NCBI GenBank assembly: GCA_022545455.1
Contig: JACZQZ010000002.1
Location: 1 to 62,986 of the forward strand
Source: Pseudomonadota bacterium
Lineage (GTDB): Bacteria; Pseudomonadota; Alphaproteobacteria; Rhodospirillales; 2-02-FULL-58-16
Length of the DNA stretch: 62,986 nt
Direction: 5' to 3'
Shown here: positions 18,854 to 33,434 of the stretch, piece after piece
Layout: the number at the start of each line of letters is the position of its first letter
How positions within the stretch are numbered: position 1 is the first letter of the stretch
Position numbers and translations under genes: made by a program
The notes under the pieces: generated by a model
The model's database searches: none
What the model saw: only the letters and a program-made list of their open reading frames with translations
Told to the model about the DNA's origin: nothing

Positions 18854-19765
18854 CTACTCCGTCCCGTAGACGGCCAGGCGCTTGAGGATGTAGTCGCCGC
18901 CCCGGTTGACCATCAAAAAGCCGTCGAAGGGATCGGTGACGCCGCGGTCGACCGCCGTGAACAACGGCTTGCCGTCCAGGGCGACGGTCATTGCGCCGTC
19001 GGGGCGCCGCGTCCATTCGATGCGGTGGGCCTTTTTGTCTTCCAGGGTCACCGGCCCGGCCACGCGCTCGATGACGCTGGAGCCCCAGGGCGAGACCCTG
19101 AGCAGTTCCAGCGCGCCGCCCGGCGTGTAGGCCAGCCGGTAGCCGGACCCCCGGTCCGCCCCCCGGTAGGGGCCGAACTCCAGGCGTCCCTGGCCGAGCC
19201 AGGAGCTGAACTCGATTTCGATGGCGAAGGCGTTGGTGATACGCACGCCGGTGTGGATCGCGGCGGCGGCGGCGACGCCGGTTGCCGCCGATCCCCCGCC
19301 TTCCCCCTGCCCCGCCGCCTGACCCAGGATGGTGCCGAGAATGGCCAGTGCCGCATCCCGTCCGGAGACCTTTCCCTGCTGCCGCTGTTGGGGTTGGGAG
19401 GCGGCGGGATCGACCTTGCTCCTGAGCCCCCAGCCGCCCTCGACCCAATAGCGCCCCGCCGTCACCGTCCACGCCGGATCGGCGGTGAAGTCGCCGTCGC
19501 CGAAGTCGTCGGCCAGGACGAGCTTGCGCCACGGCCGGTCGTAGCCGCGCGCCAGGCCGCGCAGGTCGCGCAGGAACCGGGGGTCGGCGGCGCGGGCCTT
19601 TTCCCCTTCGTCGATGAGGGTGTTCAGGCGGTCGACAAACCCCTGCAGGCGCCCGCGCTCCGCGGACGCCGATGTTTCCGCTCCCGCCCAGGGGGAATAG
19701 CGCTCTTCGGCCGAAGCCGGCGCCCCAACCAGGACGAAGACGAACAGGCCGATCAAGAACCGCAT
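18854..19765 (-). CDS. Hypothetical exported protein (signal peptide; jelly-roll/LamG-like halves split by a Q/G-rich insert)
   Basis: Internal Met MRFLIGLFVFVLVGAPASA of ORF 18854..19825. It is the first gene of the DUF898-M48 operon. I recognise no motif with confidence. Confidence 0.65.
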   Translation of the reverse strand: MRFLIGLFVFVLVGAPASAEERYSPWAGAETSASAERGRLQGFVDRLNTLIDEGEKARAADPRFLRDLRGLARGYDRPWRKLVLADDFGDGDFTADPAWTVTAGRYWVEGGWGLRSKVDPAASQPQQRQQGKVSGRDAALAILGTILGQAAGQGEGGGSAATGVAAAAAIHTGVRITNAFAIEIEFSSWLGQGRLEFGPYRGADRGSGYRLAYTPGGALELLRVSPWGSSVIERVAGPVTLEDKKAHRIEWTRRPDGAMTVALDGKPLFTAVDRGVTDPFDGFLMVNRGGDYILKRLAVYGTE

Positions 19766-19865
19766 GGCGGCGTCATCCCAATGGCGAGAAACGGGCCCCG
19801 GCAACCGCGCGATGCTACCACACACCGCGACGGCGAATCATCCCAAGACGGTTTTTCGCGGCAGA

Positions 19866-25521
<5,656 letters not shown>

Positions 25522-25565
25522 GTCTTTATATGTTTTTCGGTGTGCCGTCCAGGGTCTTTTTTTCG

Positions 25566-25636
25566 TGGTCCCGGGGGCGCTCCCCCGCGTTTACAAAGGC
25601 CGGGAGGACACCCCCCGGTGGCCCCCCGGACCCACC
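25566..25636 (-). repeat. GC-rich palindromic intergenic repeat, copy 2 (inverted relative to 8737..8810)
   Basis: The reverse complement reads ..CCGGGGGGCCACCGGGGGGTGTCCTCCCGG..ACGCGGGGGAGCGCCCCCGGG.., which is collinear with the groEL-downstream copy. Confidence 0.65.
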
Positions 25637-25997
25637 GTCGCCTGTTTTGTATTCTGGCAACAGCCATGCCCGTTCGCCCCTGCGTGGAATCCCACTGCAC
25701 TGGTTTTTTTCCAAGGCTGCCGTGGTAGGGGTTTTTTTTCGCGGCTGTCGAAGGATCGGAGGCCGTCGCGACCCGTGGCAGGCCTGCTGGAAGTCCTGCG
25801 AGCGAAAACCGCGCACCTGAAAATACGGCCCGAAACTGATCCCCAGGCCCCGTGCGCGCCGGCACCCCCAACCGCCACGGCGGTCCCACCGGGCATTCCC
25901 AGGCCACTAGGAGCACCAAGGCGCAAGAAACGCTCGTTCCATGTGCGACGGGCCGTGCTTTGCGCCGTCGCGGTGAATGGGTTTCTTAGGTTCCTCC

Positions 25998-26051
25998 GCG
26001 TCCCTTTGCGTCCTCCGCGTTGGATTTCTAAACGCCGTGGACGCGGAGGAC
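25998..26051 (+). repeat. Copy of the GCGTCCCTTTGCGTCCTCCGCGTT core plus hairpin GTCCTCCGCGT-N20-ACGCGGAGGAC
   Basis: Same core as 14905..14928 and the reverse complement of 34070..34093. Confidence 0.7.
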
Positions 26052-26103
26052 CGCCGGGGTTTTCAAAAATCAAGAGACCCGTCGCCGCGCGCGTTTCCGG
26101 CCC

Positions 26104-26293
26104 TAGTACCCTCTATCACAATAGGATGGTACGTGTGATCGTCTTTTCGCGTCTTTTGGGCAGGAAGCGTCGCGCCGGCGATGCGGGACATCGTCAAGCG
26201 GCGCTGACGCCCGCCAAAAGGCGCGAAAAACGACCCTTCGGGCGGCCATGGGCGGCCATCGGACGTGTCATCCTATTGTGATAGAGGGTACTA
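26104..26293. mobile_element. MITE-like 190-bp palindromic element with perfect 25-bp terminal inverted repeats (TAGTACCCTCTATCACAATAGGATG)
   Basis: The arms at 26104..26128 and 26269..26293 are perfectly complementary, and the interior is also largely self-complementary. The right arm contains the stop codon of the MscS-family gene. The terminal TA/TA dinucleotides could be a TA target duplication. Confidence 0.55.
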
Positions 26294-28624
26294 ACCGCCG
26301 TCGTCGGCCCCGTCCTCGTGCGTCGGCAGCTCGACGATGTCCGCGGCGGCGCGTTTGCGCCGCTTCCCGGGCCGCGCCGCGGGCCGGGGGGCGGCCTCCG
26401 CCTCTTCCGTGCGGATGCGGGCCGCGGGCGCCTCGCCGTGCTTGTCCTCGCCGAAGTAGATGGTGGTGTGGGGGAAGGGAATCTCGATCCCGAGTTCGTC
26501 GAACCTCTGTTTCATGCGCCGGTTGAACTCGCGTCCCACCGTCCACTGCTTGATCGGCGCGGTCTTGAAGCGGGCCTTGATGATAACGGCAGAATCGGCG
26601 AACTGGTCGACGCCCAGGACCTCGAAAGGCGCCAGGATCAACTGCCCGAATTCGGGGTCGTCCTGCATTTCGGCGCCGATCTGCTTGAGCACCTTGGCCA
26701 CCTCGTCGGTATCTTCGCGGTAGGCCACGCCCACTTCGAAGACGTAGTACGAGAAGTCCTTGGTCATGTTGGTGATCGTGTCGACGGCGCTGAAGGGGAC
26801 GGTGTGCACGTTGCCCGAAAGATCGCGCATCCTTATGGAGCGGATGGACAGCGCCTCGACCACGCCGGCCAGCCCGCTCACCTTGACCACGTCGCCGACG
26901 GAGATGGAATCTTCGAACAGGATGAAGACGCCGGTGATCACGTCCTGGACCAGCTTCTGGGCGCCGAAGCCGATGGCCAGACCGACCACGCCGGCGCCCG
27001 CCAGCAGCGGCGCGATGTCGACGCCGAGCTCCGAGAGCACGATCATGCTCACCATCACCGTCAGCACCACCAGCACCGCGTTGCGCAAAAGCGGCAACAG
27101 GGTGCGCGTCCGGGCGCTGCGCTCGATCAGGGTTCCGTCCGCATCGGTCCGGGTCAGGTAGCGCTCGATCGCCGAGCTGATCGCCTCCCAGGCGATCAGC
27201 GCCAGGACCATGACGACGGCGATGCTGAGCGCGCTTTCGGTCAACCGCCGCCCGAACGGCGTCTCCAGCCAGCCGAAGGCGTCGATGCCCCAGGCCTGCA
27301 GCACGGCGAGCGCGGCCACGGCGTAGATCACCCAGCGCAGCCCCACATGCAGGACCGGCAGGTACCGGTTGGCGCGGGCCTCCAGGGTCGGGAAGCGCGT
27401 CTTGACCTCTTCGTTGACGGCGAAGCCGCGGTTCACGGCCCGCCGCAGCGCATACCCCGCCAGCCCGGCCACGGTCAGGATCGCCGCCGTGGCGACGGTG
27501 GCGCGGGCCATGAACTGGAACCCGCCCTCGACGCCCAGCGCCCAGACGCCGTACACGCCGGCCACGTAGATGATGGCGGGTACATGCCAGACGTCGGCGA
27601 ACCGGGCGCGCAGGTTGCGCACGCCGAACCGGCCCGGCCCCGTACCGGCGGCGCCGCGCACCCAGCCGGCGACGGCGGCGCGGTTCTGCAGGATGAAAAC
27701 GACCACCATGCCGCTGACCAGCAGGCCGAGCAGGCGCAGCAGGCCGGCGTGGCCGCCCGCGGGCAGGCCGAGAAGCAATGCCGCCTCGGCCAGGAAGTAG
27801 CCGGCCACCGCCACCCAGACCAGGCGCCGGATCCAGATGAACAGATAGTTGGCGCTCTCGCCGCCGATCGGCAGCACCCGCAAGGACGCCACCGCCGGCA
27901 CCAGCAGCATGCGCGCCACCACCAACGTTGCCCGCACGATCAGGTAGGCGTTGATGACGGTGAGCGCCACCACGTAGACCTCGGGCCCGGGCTGGGTCAG
28001 CGGCAGCGCGCCGTACGCGGCGCCGGCGAAGGCGGCGATGGGGACCACGTCCAGCACCGTGCGTCCGGCGAGCACGGGTATGCGCACCAACAGGCTGTCG
28101 GTATCCCGGCCCTCCAGCGCCCGGCGCGTGCGTCCGAGCAGGACACGAACCAGACGCTGGGCGCCCCAGCCAACGGCCAGAACCAGCGCCAGCTTGAGCA
28201 GGAGATCCCGCCACAAGGCGCGGGCGTCGGGGTCGCCCGCCTGGGCGCGCAACCACGCCGCCAACCCCGGCAGGTCGCTCAACGTTTGCACCGCCGCCGC
28301 CAACTGGCCGCTGCTTTCCTTGACGTTCTTAGAAAGCCGGTCGATGAAACCGGCGCCCAGGCTTTCCACGGCCGGTTCTTCGGTGACGCTCCTTTGCGCC
28401 GCGATCAGGGCCCGGATACGGGCGACGAGCCGCTTGCGCCCGGCCTCGTCCTCGATGGTGGCGACCAGGGCCTCCAGGTCGCCCATGGAAACCTCGGCCT
28501 TGGTCCCCGCTGGGGCCGCGCCGCCCTCCGCCGCCTGCCCGACGGCGGGCGCCGGCAGAAGGAGGCCGAATATCAGGACCGCCGTCGGGGCTGAGATGAG
28601 ACTCGAAATCCGCTTCCGGTGCAT
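26291..28624 (-). CDS. Large mechanosensitive channel, MscS family (MscK/KefA-like) with a signal peptide and periplasmic N-terminal domain
   Basis: Internal Met (MHRKRISSLISAPTAVLIFGLLL) of ORF 26291..28687. About 11 TM helices and a C-terminal MscS core (GDVVKVSGLAGVVEALSIRSIRMRDLSGNVHTVPFS). Confidence 0.85.
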   Translation of the reverse strand: MHRKRISSLISAPTAVLIFGLLLPAPAVGQAAEGGAAPAGTKAEVSMGDLEALVATIEDEAGRKRLVARIRALIAAQRSVTEEPAVESLGAGFIDRLSKNVKESSGQLAAAVQTLSDLPGLAAWLRAQAGDPDARALWRDLLLKLALVLAVGWGAQRLVRVLLGRTRRALEGRDTDSLLVRIPVLAGRTVLDVVPIAAFAGAAYGALPLTQPGPEVYVVALTVINAYLIVRATLVVARMLLVPAVASLRVLPIGGESANYLFIWIRRLVWVAVAGYFLAEAALLLGLPAGGHAGLLRLLGLLVSGMVVVFILQNRAAVAGWVRGAAGTGPGRFGVRNLRARFADVWHVPAIIYVAGVYGVWALGVEGGFQFMARATVATAAILTVAGLAGYALRRAVNRGFAVNEEVKTRFPTLEARANRYLPVLHVGLRWVIYAVAALAVLQAWGIDAFGWLETPFGRRLTESALSIAVVMVLALIAWEAISSAIERYLTRTDADGTLIERSARTRTLLPLLRNAVLVVLTVMVSMIVLSELGVDIAPLLAGAGVVGLAIGFGAQKLVQDVITGVFILFEDSISVGDVVKVSGLAGVVEALSIRSIRMRDLSGNVHTVPFSAVDTITNMTKDFSYYVFEVGVAYREDTDEVAKVLKQIGAEMQDDPEFGQLILAPFEVLGVDQFADSAVIIKARFKTAPIKQWTVGREFNRRMKQRFDELGIEIPFPHTTIYFGEDKHGEAPAARIRTEEAEAAPRPAARPGKRRKRAAADIVELPTHEDGADDGG

Positions 28625-28689
28625 GCGCACGACCCGGCTTGCCAATGGCGGGCGAGAGTACCCGGCCCGTTCCACCCTGTCACACATTT

Positions 28690-28731
28690 TGCAAAAGCCG
28701 GACCCCGGCCTGCAAAAGCCGGACCACGGCC
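28690..28731. repeat. Tandem 21-bp direct repeat TGCAAAAGCCGGACC(C/A)CGGCC x2 in a divergent promoter region
   Basis: Read directly, with one mismatch between the units. It lies about 65 nt upstream of the MscS-family gene start. Confidence 0.6.
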
Positions 28732-29041
28732 CCCACCCAACGTTTGATTATATACACCCGAAGGCATCGCCGAACGGGGATTCAGAACCCACATACCGGA
28801 CACGGCCCGTTTGCGAATTTCGCGTATCGTTAAGGATATCCTAAAACGCTTTGCGTATTCGGGATGGAAGCATCCACCGGCGCGCCGGGGACCATGGCGG
28901 GGTGGCGGAGGGCGCTTAAGGGAATACCGCTTGCATGTTGGCTTTTTCCCAGGCAAGAACGTCCGCGCTTCGCGGCGTCGCCGGCCGTTCGGCGGGCCGC
29001 CGGCCCGACGCCGACGTGTCCTGGAACCGGAGAACATCGAG

Positions 29042-29875
29042 GTGAGCCCGAAAGAATCCGCGCTGCCGTCCGCCCTGTCGCACCGTGACGAACTGGCAAC
29101 CCGCCTGGAGGGAAAGCGGCTTGCCGTGTTCCTCGATTTCGACGGCACGCTCGCGCCCGTCGTCGACCGCCCGGACATGGCCGCACTCTCCGAGTCCATG
29201 CGCCGGGTCGTCGGCACCCTGGCCGAGCGCTGTCCGGTCATCGTCATCAGCGGGCGCGACCGCAGGGACGTGCATGAGCGGGTGGGACTGGACAACCTGG
29301 TCTACGCCGGCAGTCACGGCTTCGACATCGCCTGGCCGGACAACGGCACGGAACCGCTCGCCGACTGCACCAAGTTCCGTGACCTCCTGGAGGAGGTTGG
29401 CGAGGCGCTGGAGCGCAAACTGGGGCCGGTGGACGGGGTTATCATCGAACCCAAATCGTGCTCCGTCGCCGTCCACTACCGCCTGACCAACGAGGCCGGT
29501 GCGGTTGCGGTCAAGGCCGCCGTCGAGGGGCTCCTTGCGAGCCATCCGCGCCTGCGCGGCGTTTCCGGAAAGAAGGTCTACGAGATTCTGCCGGGGCTCG
29601 ATTGGGACAAGGGCAAGGCGGTGTTGTGGATGCTGAAGGCGCTGGATCTCGACGGACCCGACGTGATGCCCGTCTACGTCGGCGACGACATCACCGACGA
29701 GGACGCGTTCAACGCCCTCGAGGGGCGGGGCATCCGCGTCTACGTCAGCGACGGGGTGGACGGCGACGGACCGCCCGCCGCCGACTACTTCGTGAAGGAC
29801 CCGGACGAAGTGGAGATTCTGCTCACGTTTCTCGCCGATCGGGCAAACGGCGGCGGGGAAGGCATGGCGCGTTGA
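29042..29875 (+). CDS. otsB: Trehalose-6-phosphate phosphatase (HAD superfamily)
   Basis: ORF 28811..29875. HAD motif I FLDFDGTL and motif IV VYVGDDITDEDAF, with overall OtsB-like spacing. I chose GTG at 29042 as the start because the earlier codons look non-coding, but this is uncertain. Confidence 0.75.
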   Translation: MSPKESALPSALSHRDELATRLEGKRLAVFLDFDGTLAPVVDRPDMAALSESMRRVVGTLAERCPVIVISGRDRRDVHERVGLDNLVYAGSHGFDIAWPDNGTEPLADCTKFRDLLEEVGEALERKLGPVDGVIIEPKSCSVAVHYRLTNEAGAVAVKAAVEGLLASHPRLRGVSGKKVYEILPGLDWDKGKAVLWMLKALDLDGPDVMPVYVGDDITDEDAFNALEGRGIRVYVSDGVDGDGPPAADYFVKDPDEVEILLTFLADRANGGGEGMAR

Positions 29876-29915
29876 TACCAGGGAGCCCCGGTTTCACGGC
29901 GCCCGGCGGCGCGCT

Positions 29916-30701
29916 TCAGAAACGGTATCCGTAGCGGATCCCCACATTTTCCAGGCCCTCGTTCTCATCGCAGATACCGGCGTTGGACATGTGGTCGAGG
30001 TGCGCCATCACCGAATGGCGACCGGCGAACTTGTACCCGATGGCGACGGATTGCCGGAACAGGATGCGGCACCCCAGTTCCTTCTTGGTCCGGCCCACCA
30101 TATTCGTCGTCAATTCACCGTCGTGGACCGCGCCGCCGAAACTGAATTCCGCGAAGGCGCGGCGCCAGAACCCCCACTCCCAGGTCAGCCCCAGATAGGC
30201 TTGGCTGGTGTCGCCGGCGGTGTTGCCGGTAAAGCCGATATGGGGCCGGGGCGACCAGATGACGTCCAGCAGGTCCGGCGACACGAACAGGAACTCCAGG
30301 TTGACGTCGGGACCGTCCTCCTTGTTGCTGCTGAACGGCCCCTGGTCGTGCGCCAGGAGACCAACGCGGATCTCGGAGAGGAAGCCCCCGGCGCCGCGGC
30401 CTTCGTCGGGCGGCGGTGCCCGGCGGGGCGCCGGTTCGGCTGCCAGTTCGGGCAACGGGCGCCTTTTCCGTTTTTCGGCGACCGGCTTCGGCTTCGGCGC
30501 GGGCTTGGACCGTGGCGGCGCCGCGGGTCGGGGTGGCGGCGCAGGCGCGGCCTGGGGCGCCAGCGGATAGGATTCGCTGAGAAACCTGTCCCTGTCGTAA
30601 AGGGAGGTCGACGGCCCCGCCATGGCGCTGGACACGCAGACACCCAGGACCGCGGCGGCGGCAGGTCCGATGAGAAACGGTTTCACGCTCGCCCCCCCCA
30701 T
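29916..30701 (-). CDS. Acyloxyacyl hydrolase / lipid A 3-O-deacylase (PagL-like) outer-membrane protein with a Pro-rich linker
   Basis: Signal peptide, a PAPPPRPAAPPRSKPAPKPKP linker, the HMSNAG catalytic motif, and a terminal beta-barrel signature ...GIRYGYRF. Confidence 0.75.
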   Translation of the reverse strand: MGGASVKPFLIGPAAAAVLGVCVSSAMAGPSTSLYDRDRFLSESYPLAPQAAPAPPPRPAAPPRSKPAPKPKPVAEKRKRRPLPELAAEPAPRRAPPPDEGRGAGGFLSEIRVGLLAHDQGPFSSNKEDGPDVNLEFLFVSPDLLDVIWSPRPHIGFTGNTAGDTSQAYLGLTWEWGFWRRAFAEFSFGGAVHDGELTTNMVGRTKKELGCRILFRQSVAIGYKFAGRHSVMAHLDHMSNAGICDENEGLENVGIRYGYRF

Positions 30702-30829
30702 TTATTCGCCCTGGCCCGACAGGTATCCGGTCGAGAACGTTGCGCCTCTGCGGCGCCGGGCGTTGCCGGCACCGGCGATCGAGCCCCCCCTCGCCAGGAC
30801 AATGCATTTCTACCGCCCGGCCTGTATGA

Positions 30830-32359
30830 TTGTCCAGTGGCGGGGTGGTGCGCAGCCGCCGCGGTTGTGACGCCCCGGCGAGGTGCCGGTTGAGAAAGAA
30901 CACACGTCAAGACGGTGACCGGGACGCCGCCCCGGGCGGGGACGCCGGGGGCGGACTGTTCAGCCGCCTGTTCGGCCGGCAAACCGGGCCCCGCCCCGAG
31001 CGCATCGAGATCCGCGTCGCCGCCATCGCCGATCAGGCCGGCGCCGACCGCAGCCGCCACGTGGTCGCCGCCCTCAGGAAACCAAAGGGCTTGCGGGTCC
31101 GTCCCCTGAAAAGGGCATTGGCTCCGGACGCCGCCGGGTCACCGGCGGAATGGCTGGCGGCGGCGGCCACCGCCCGGCAATGGCTGGCCGGGGAGCGCGC
31201 CGACCTTTTGATCTGGGGCGAGATTCCGGCGCCGGGGACGACGCTGCACCTCAGGTTCGTCTCCGCGGCCGTCGAGGAGGAGGACCCGCCCGGGGGCTTC
31301 AGCCTCGCCACCACCCTCAACCTGCCGGTTGATTTCGGCCCCGAATTCGCTCCCCTCCTCCTTGCCGTGAGCCTTGCCGCGACGACGCCCGGGAGCGAAG
31401 GCAAGCGCCTGCGCCTCGGCCAGGCGCTGGAGGAGGCGCTGTACGCCGCCATGCCCTGCGTCCACAACCTGCCGGCCGACCTGACGGCGCGGGAGCGGGC
31501 GGCCATCCTCATGTGTTACGGCAACGCCTTGGCCACGCTGGCCAACCGGGGGGGCAACCGGGACCTCTATCAGGTGGCGGCCCAGACCTACCAGGCATCC
31601 CTGGAAAACCAGTCCAGGGAGGACGATCCGCTCGATTGGGCGCTCACCAAGAAACATCTGGGCGCGGTCCTCCAGGCCCTGGCCGAACGCACCAACGACA
31701 TGGACACGTTCGCCGCCGCCGCCGACGCCCTGCGCGGCGCCCTCGACGTGCTGACCAGGGCCGAGTTCCCGCGCGCCTGGGCGGCGACACAGAACCGGCT
31801 GGGTCAGGTGCTCTACAGGCTCGATTCGCGGACCGGCGAGCGCGACATGCTCGGAGATTCGCTCAACGCCTTCCAGGCGGCGCTCATGGTGTTCACGCGC
31901 AGCGAAACGCCCCTTCTCTGGGCCGAGGTCATGAACAACTTCGCCCAGGCGGCCCAGGTTCTCGGCCAGCAGCTACGCAACACGGAAGTGCTGACGAAGG
32001 CCGCCGATGCCTGCCGCGCCGCCCTGACGGTGCGCACGGAGGCCGCCGACCCCCTGCCCTTTGCGGCGACCCAGAACACTCTGGGCTCGGCCCTGTTCCT
32101 GCTTGGCCGGCTGACCGGCGAATCGGCCCATCTGGAGGGTGCGGCCGAGGCCTTCGAAAAGGCGCGCGCCGTCTATACCGCGCTGGATGCCGACGCCATG
32201 GCCGCGGTCACGGAAAAGAACCTGTCCCACGTCGACCGCCTGCTCGGCGGACCGGCGGCGGCGCGACGGCGCGACACCGAAGGGGAAGGCGCGGACCGGC
32301 CGGCCGCCCAGGGGCGGAGGCCGGCCAGGCCGGGGAAAAAGCGCAGACGCCGCGGGTGA
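30830..32359 (+). CDS. Tetratricopeptide-like repeat protein (hypothetical)
   Basis: Four or more ~40-aa repeats with a W/F-A-x-T-Q-N-x-L-G pattern (WAATQNRLGQVLY, FAATQNTLGSALF, WALTKKHLGAVLQ, WAEVMNNFAQAAQ) and a basic C-terminal tail. The start is uncertain. Confidence 0.6.
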   Translation: MSSGGVVRSRRGCDAPARCRLRKNTRQDGDRDAAPGGDAGGGLFSRLFGRQTGPRPERIEIRVAAIADQAGADRSRHVVAALRKPKGLRVRPLKRALAPDAAGSPAEWLAAAATARQWLAGERADLLIWGEIPAPGTTLHLRFVSAAVEEEDPPGGFSLATTLNLPVDFGPEFAPLLLAVSLAATTPGSEGKRLRLGQALEEALYAAMPCVHNLPADLTARERAAILMCYGNALATLANRGGNRDLYQVAAQTYQASLENQSREDDPLDWALTKKHLGAVLQALAERTNDMDTFAAAADALRGALDVLTRAEFPRAWAATQNRLGQVLYRLDSRTGERDMLGDSLNAFQAALMVFTRSETPLLWAEVMNNFAQAAQVLGQQLRNTEVLTKAADACRAALTVRTEAADPLPFAATQNTLGSALFLLGRLTGESAHLEGAAEAFEKARAVYTALDADAMAAVTEKNLSHVDRLLGGPAAARRRDTEGEGADRPAAQGRRPARPGKKRRRRG

Positions 32360-32381
32360 TCATCTGCGCAGGGGGACCCAT

Positions 32382-32407
32382 GGGCCGCCGCGGCGGCCCT
32401 TTGCGTT
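32382..32407 (+). terminator. Palindromic GC hairpin GGGCCGCCGCGGCGGCCC followed by TTTGCGTT
   Basis: Lies between convergent genes, 23 nt after the TPR gene stop. Confidence 0.55.
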
Positions 32408-32445
32408 CTAGCCGCCGCGGCATCTGGGGATTACGCACCCATGGA

Positions 32446-33231
32446 TCAGTTTTTCTGGTCGCCCTCCCCGCCTTCGGCGAAAAACTGGGCCAGGTCGAAG
32501 GGGAAGTTGGCGTTGCCGCGGTCGGCCGACGGCGAGGGTCCCTGGGCGATCAGCGCCGCGTTGGCCTGGGTGCGGGCGTCGGCCGCCCGGGCGGCGCCTC
32601 CCTGGCGGGCCGCGTCCGTGTGCCGGCTCCGCTCGGTGACGCCCCTGACCCCGATCGTCTGGATAAGGTCCTCCATCCTGTCCAGGGAGAGCGGCGCGCC
32701 CGGCTTGGCGCAGTAGTATCCGAAGAGGACCTTGCTCGGACGGTTATCGGGGTCGTCGCCCCTGTGATCCCACTCGGTGGCGAACCCGAAGCACGCCCGG
32801 TCTGCTCCGACAAGCCTGTAAGGCTTGTAGAAGAACGGCCCCAGGGGCGCCTCGACCCTTCGCGATTCGTCCCAGGCCTTGGTGTGCTTTCTGTTCAGGT
32901 TCCACGTCTCCACCATGTCGTCGACCATGAACTCGTAATTCAGGACAACCGTGAACACCGGAGTGGTGGTGGTGGAGTAGATGATTTCCGCCTGGGCGCC
33001 GCCGCCCCGGAACAGGGCGTACTCTTCGCGCTGCCAGATGTCGGTGAACCTCACCCGCTCGGGCGCGGCTCCCCGGAACACGCCGGCGGCGAAAACGATG
33101 CGCCCGTCGCCGGCTCCAACCCTTTCGATGGTGGGCCGCTGATAATCGGAGACGGCACATCCGCCCAGCACCGCCATCGAGACGGCGGCGGCAAGGATGG
33201 GGCGGGACACATTGGGGAATTTTGCACCCAT
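32446..33231 (-). CDS. Hypothetical lipoprotein
   Basis: Internal Met of ORF 32446..33417 preceded by AGGAGAG, with a lipobox AVLGGC. I recognise no domain. Confidence 0.65.
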   Translation of the reverse strand: MGAKFPNVSRPILAAAVSMAVLGGCAVSDYQRPTIERVGAGDGRIVFAAGVFRGAAPERVRFTDIWQREEYALFRGGGAQAEIIYSTTTTPVFTVVLNYEFMVDDMVETWNLNRKHTKAWDESRRVEAPLGPFFYKPYRLVGADRACFGFATEWDHRGDDPDNRPSKVLFGYYCAKPGAPLSLDRMEDLIQTIGVRGVTERSRHTDAARQGGAARAADARTQANAALIAQGPSPSADRGNANFPFDLAQFFAEGGEGDQKN

Positions 33232-33434
33232 GGGCTCTCTCCTGTTTGCCCGGCCCGTGGACCGGCATTCTACGCCCGGACGCCGCAACGGCGGGGGTAA
33301 ATTCGCCTCAATTGATCGTGAGCGCGCCGGCCGCCTGGCCGCGACGTGGACCCGCCGACGGCCATTCCGCTTGCTTCGCCGGCGGGGCCCGTTAAACATG
33401 GCGGCGGATCCATCCACAACGAAGGAAACAGGCA

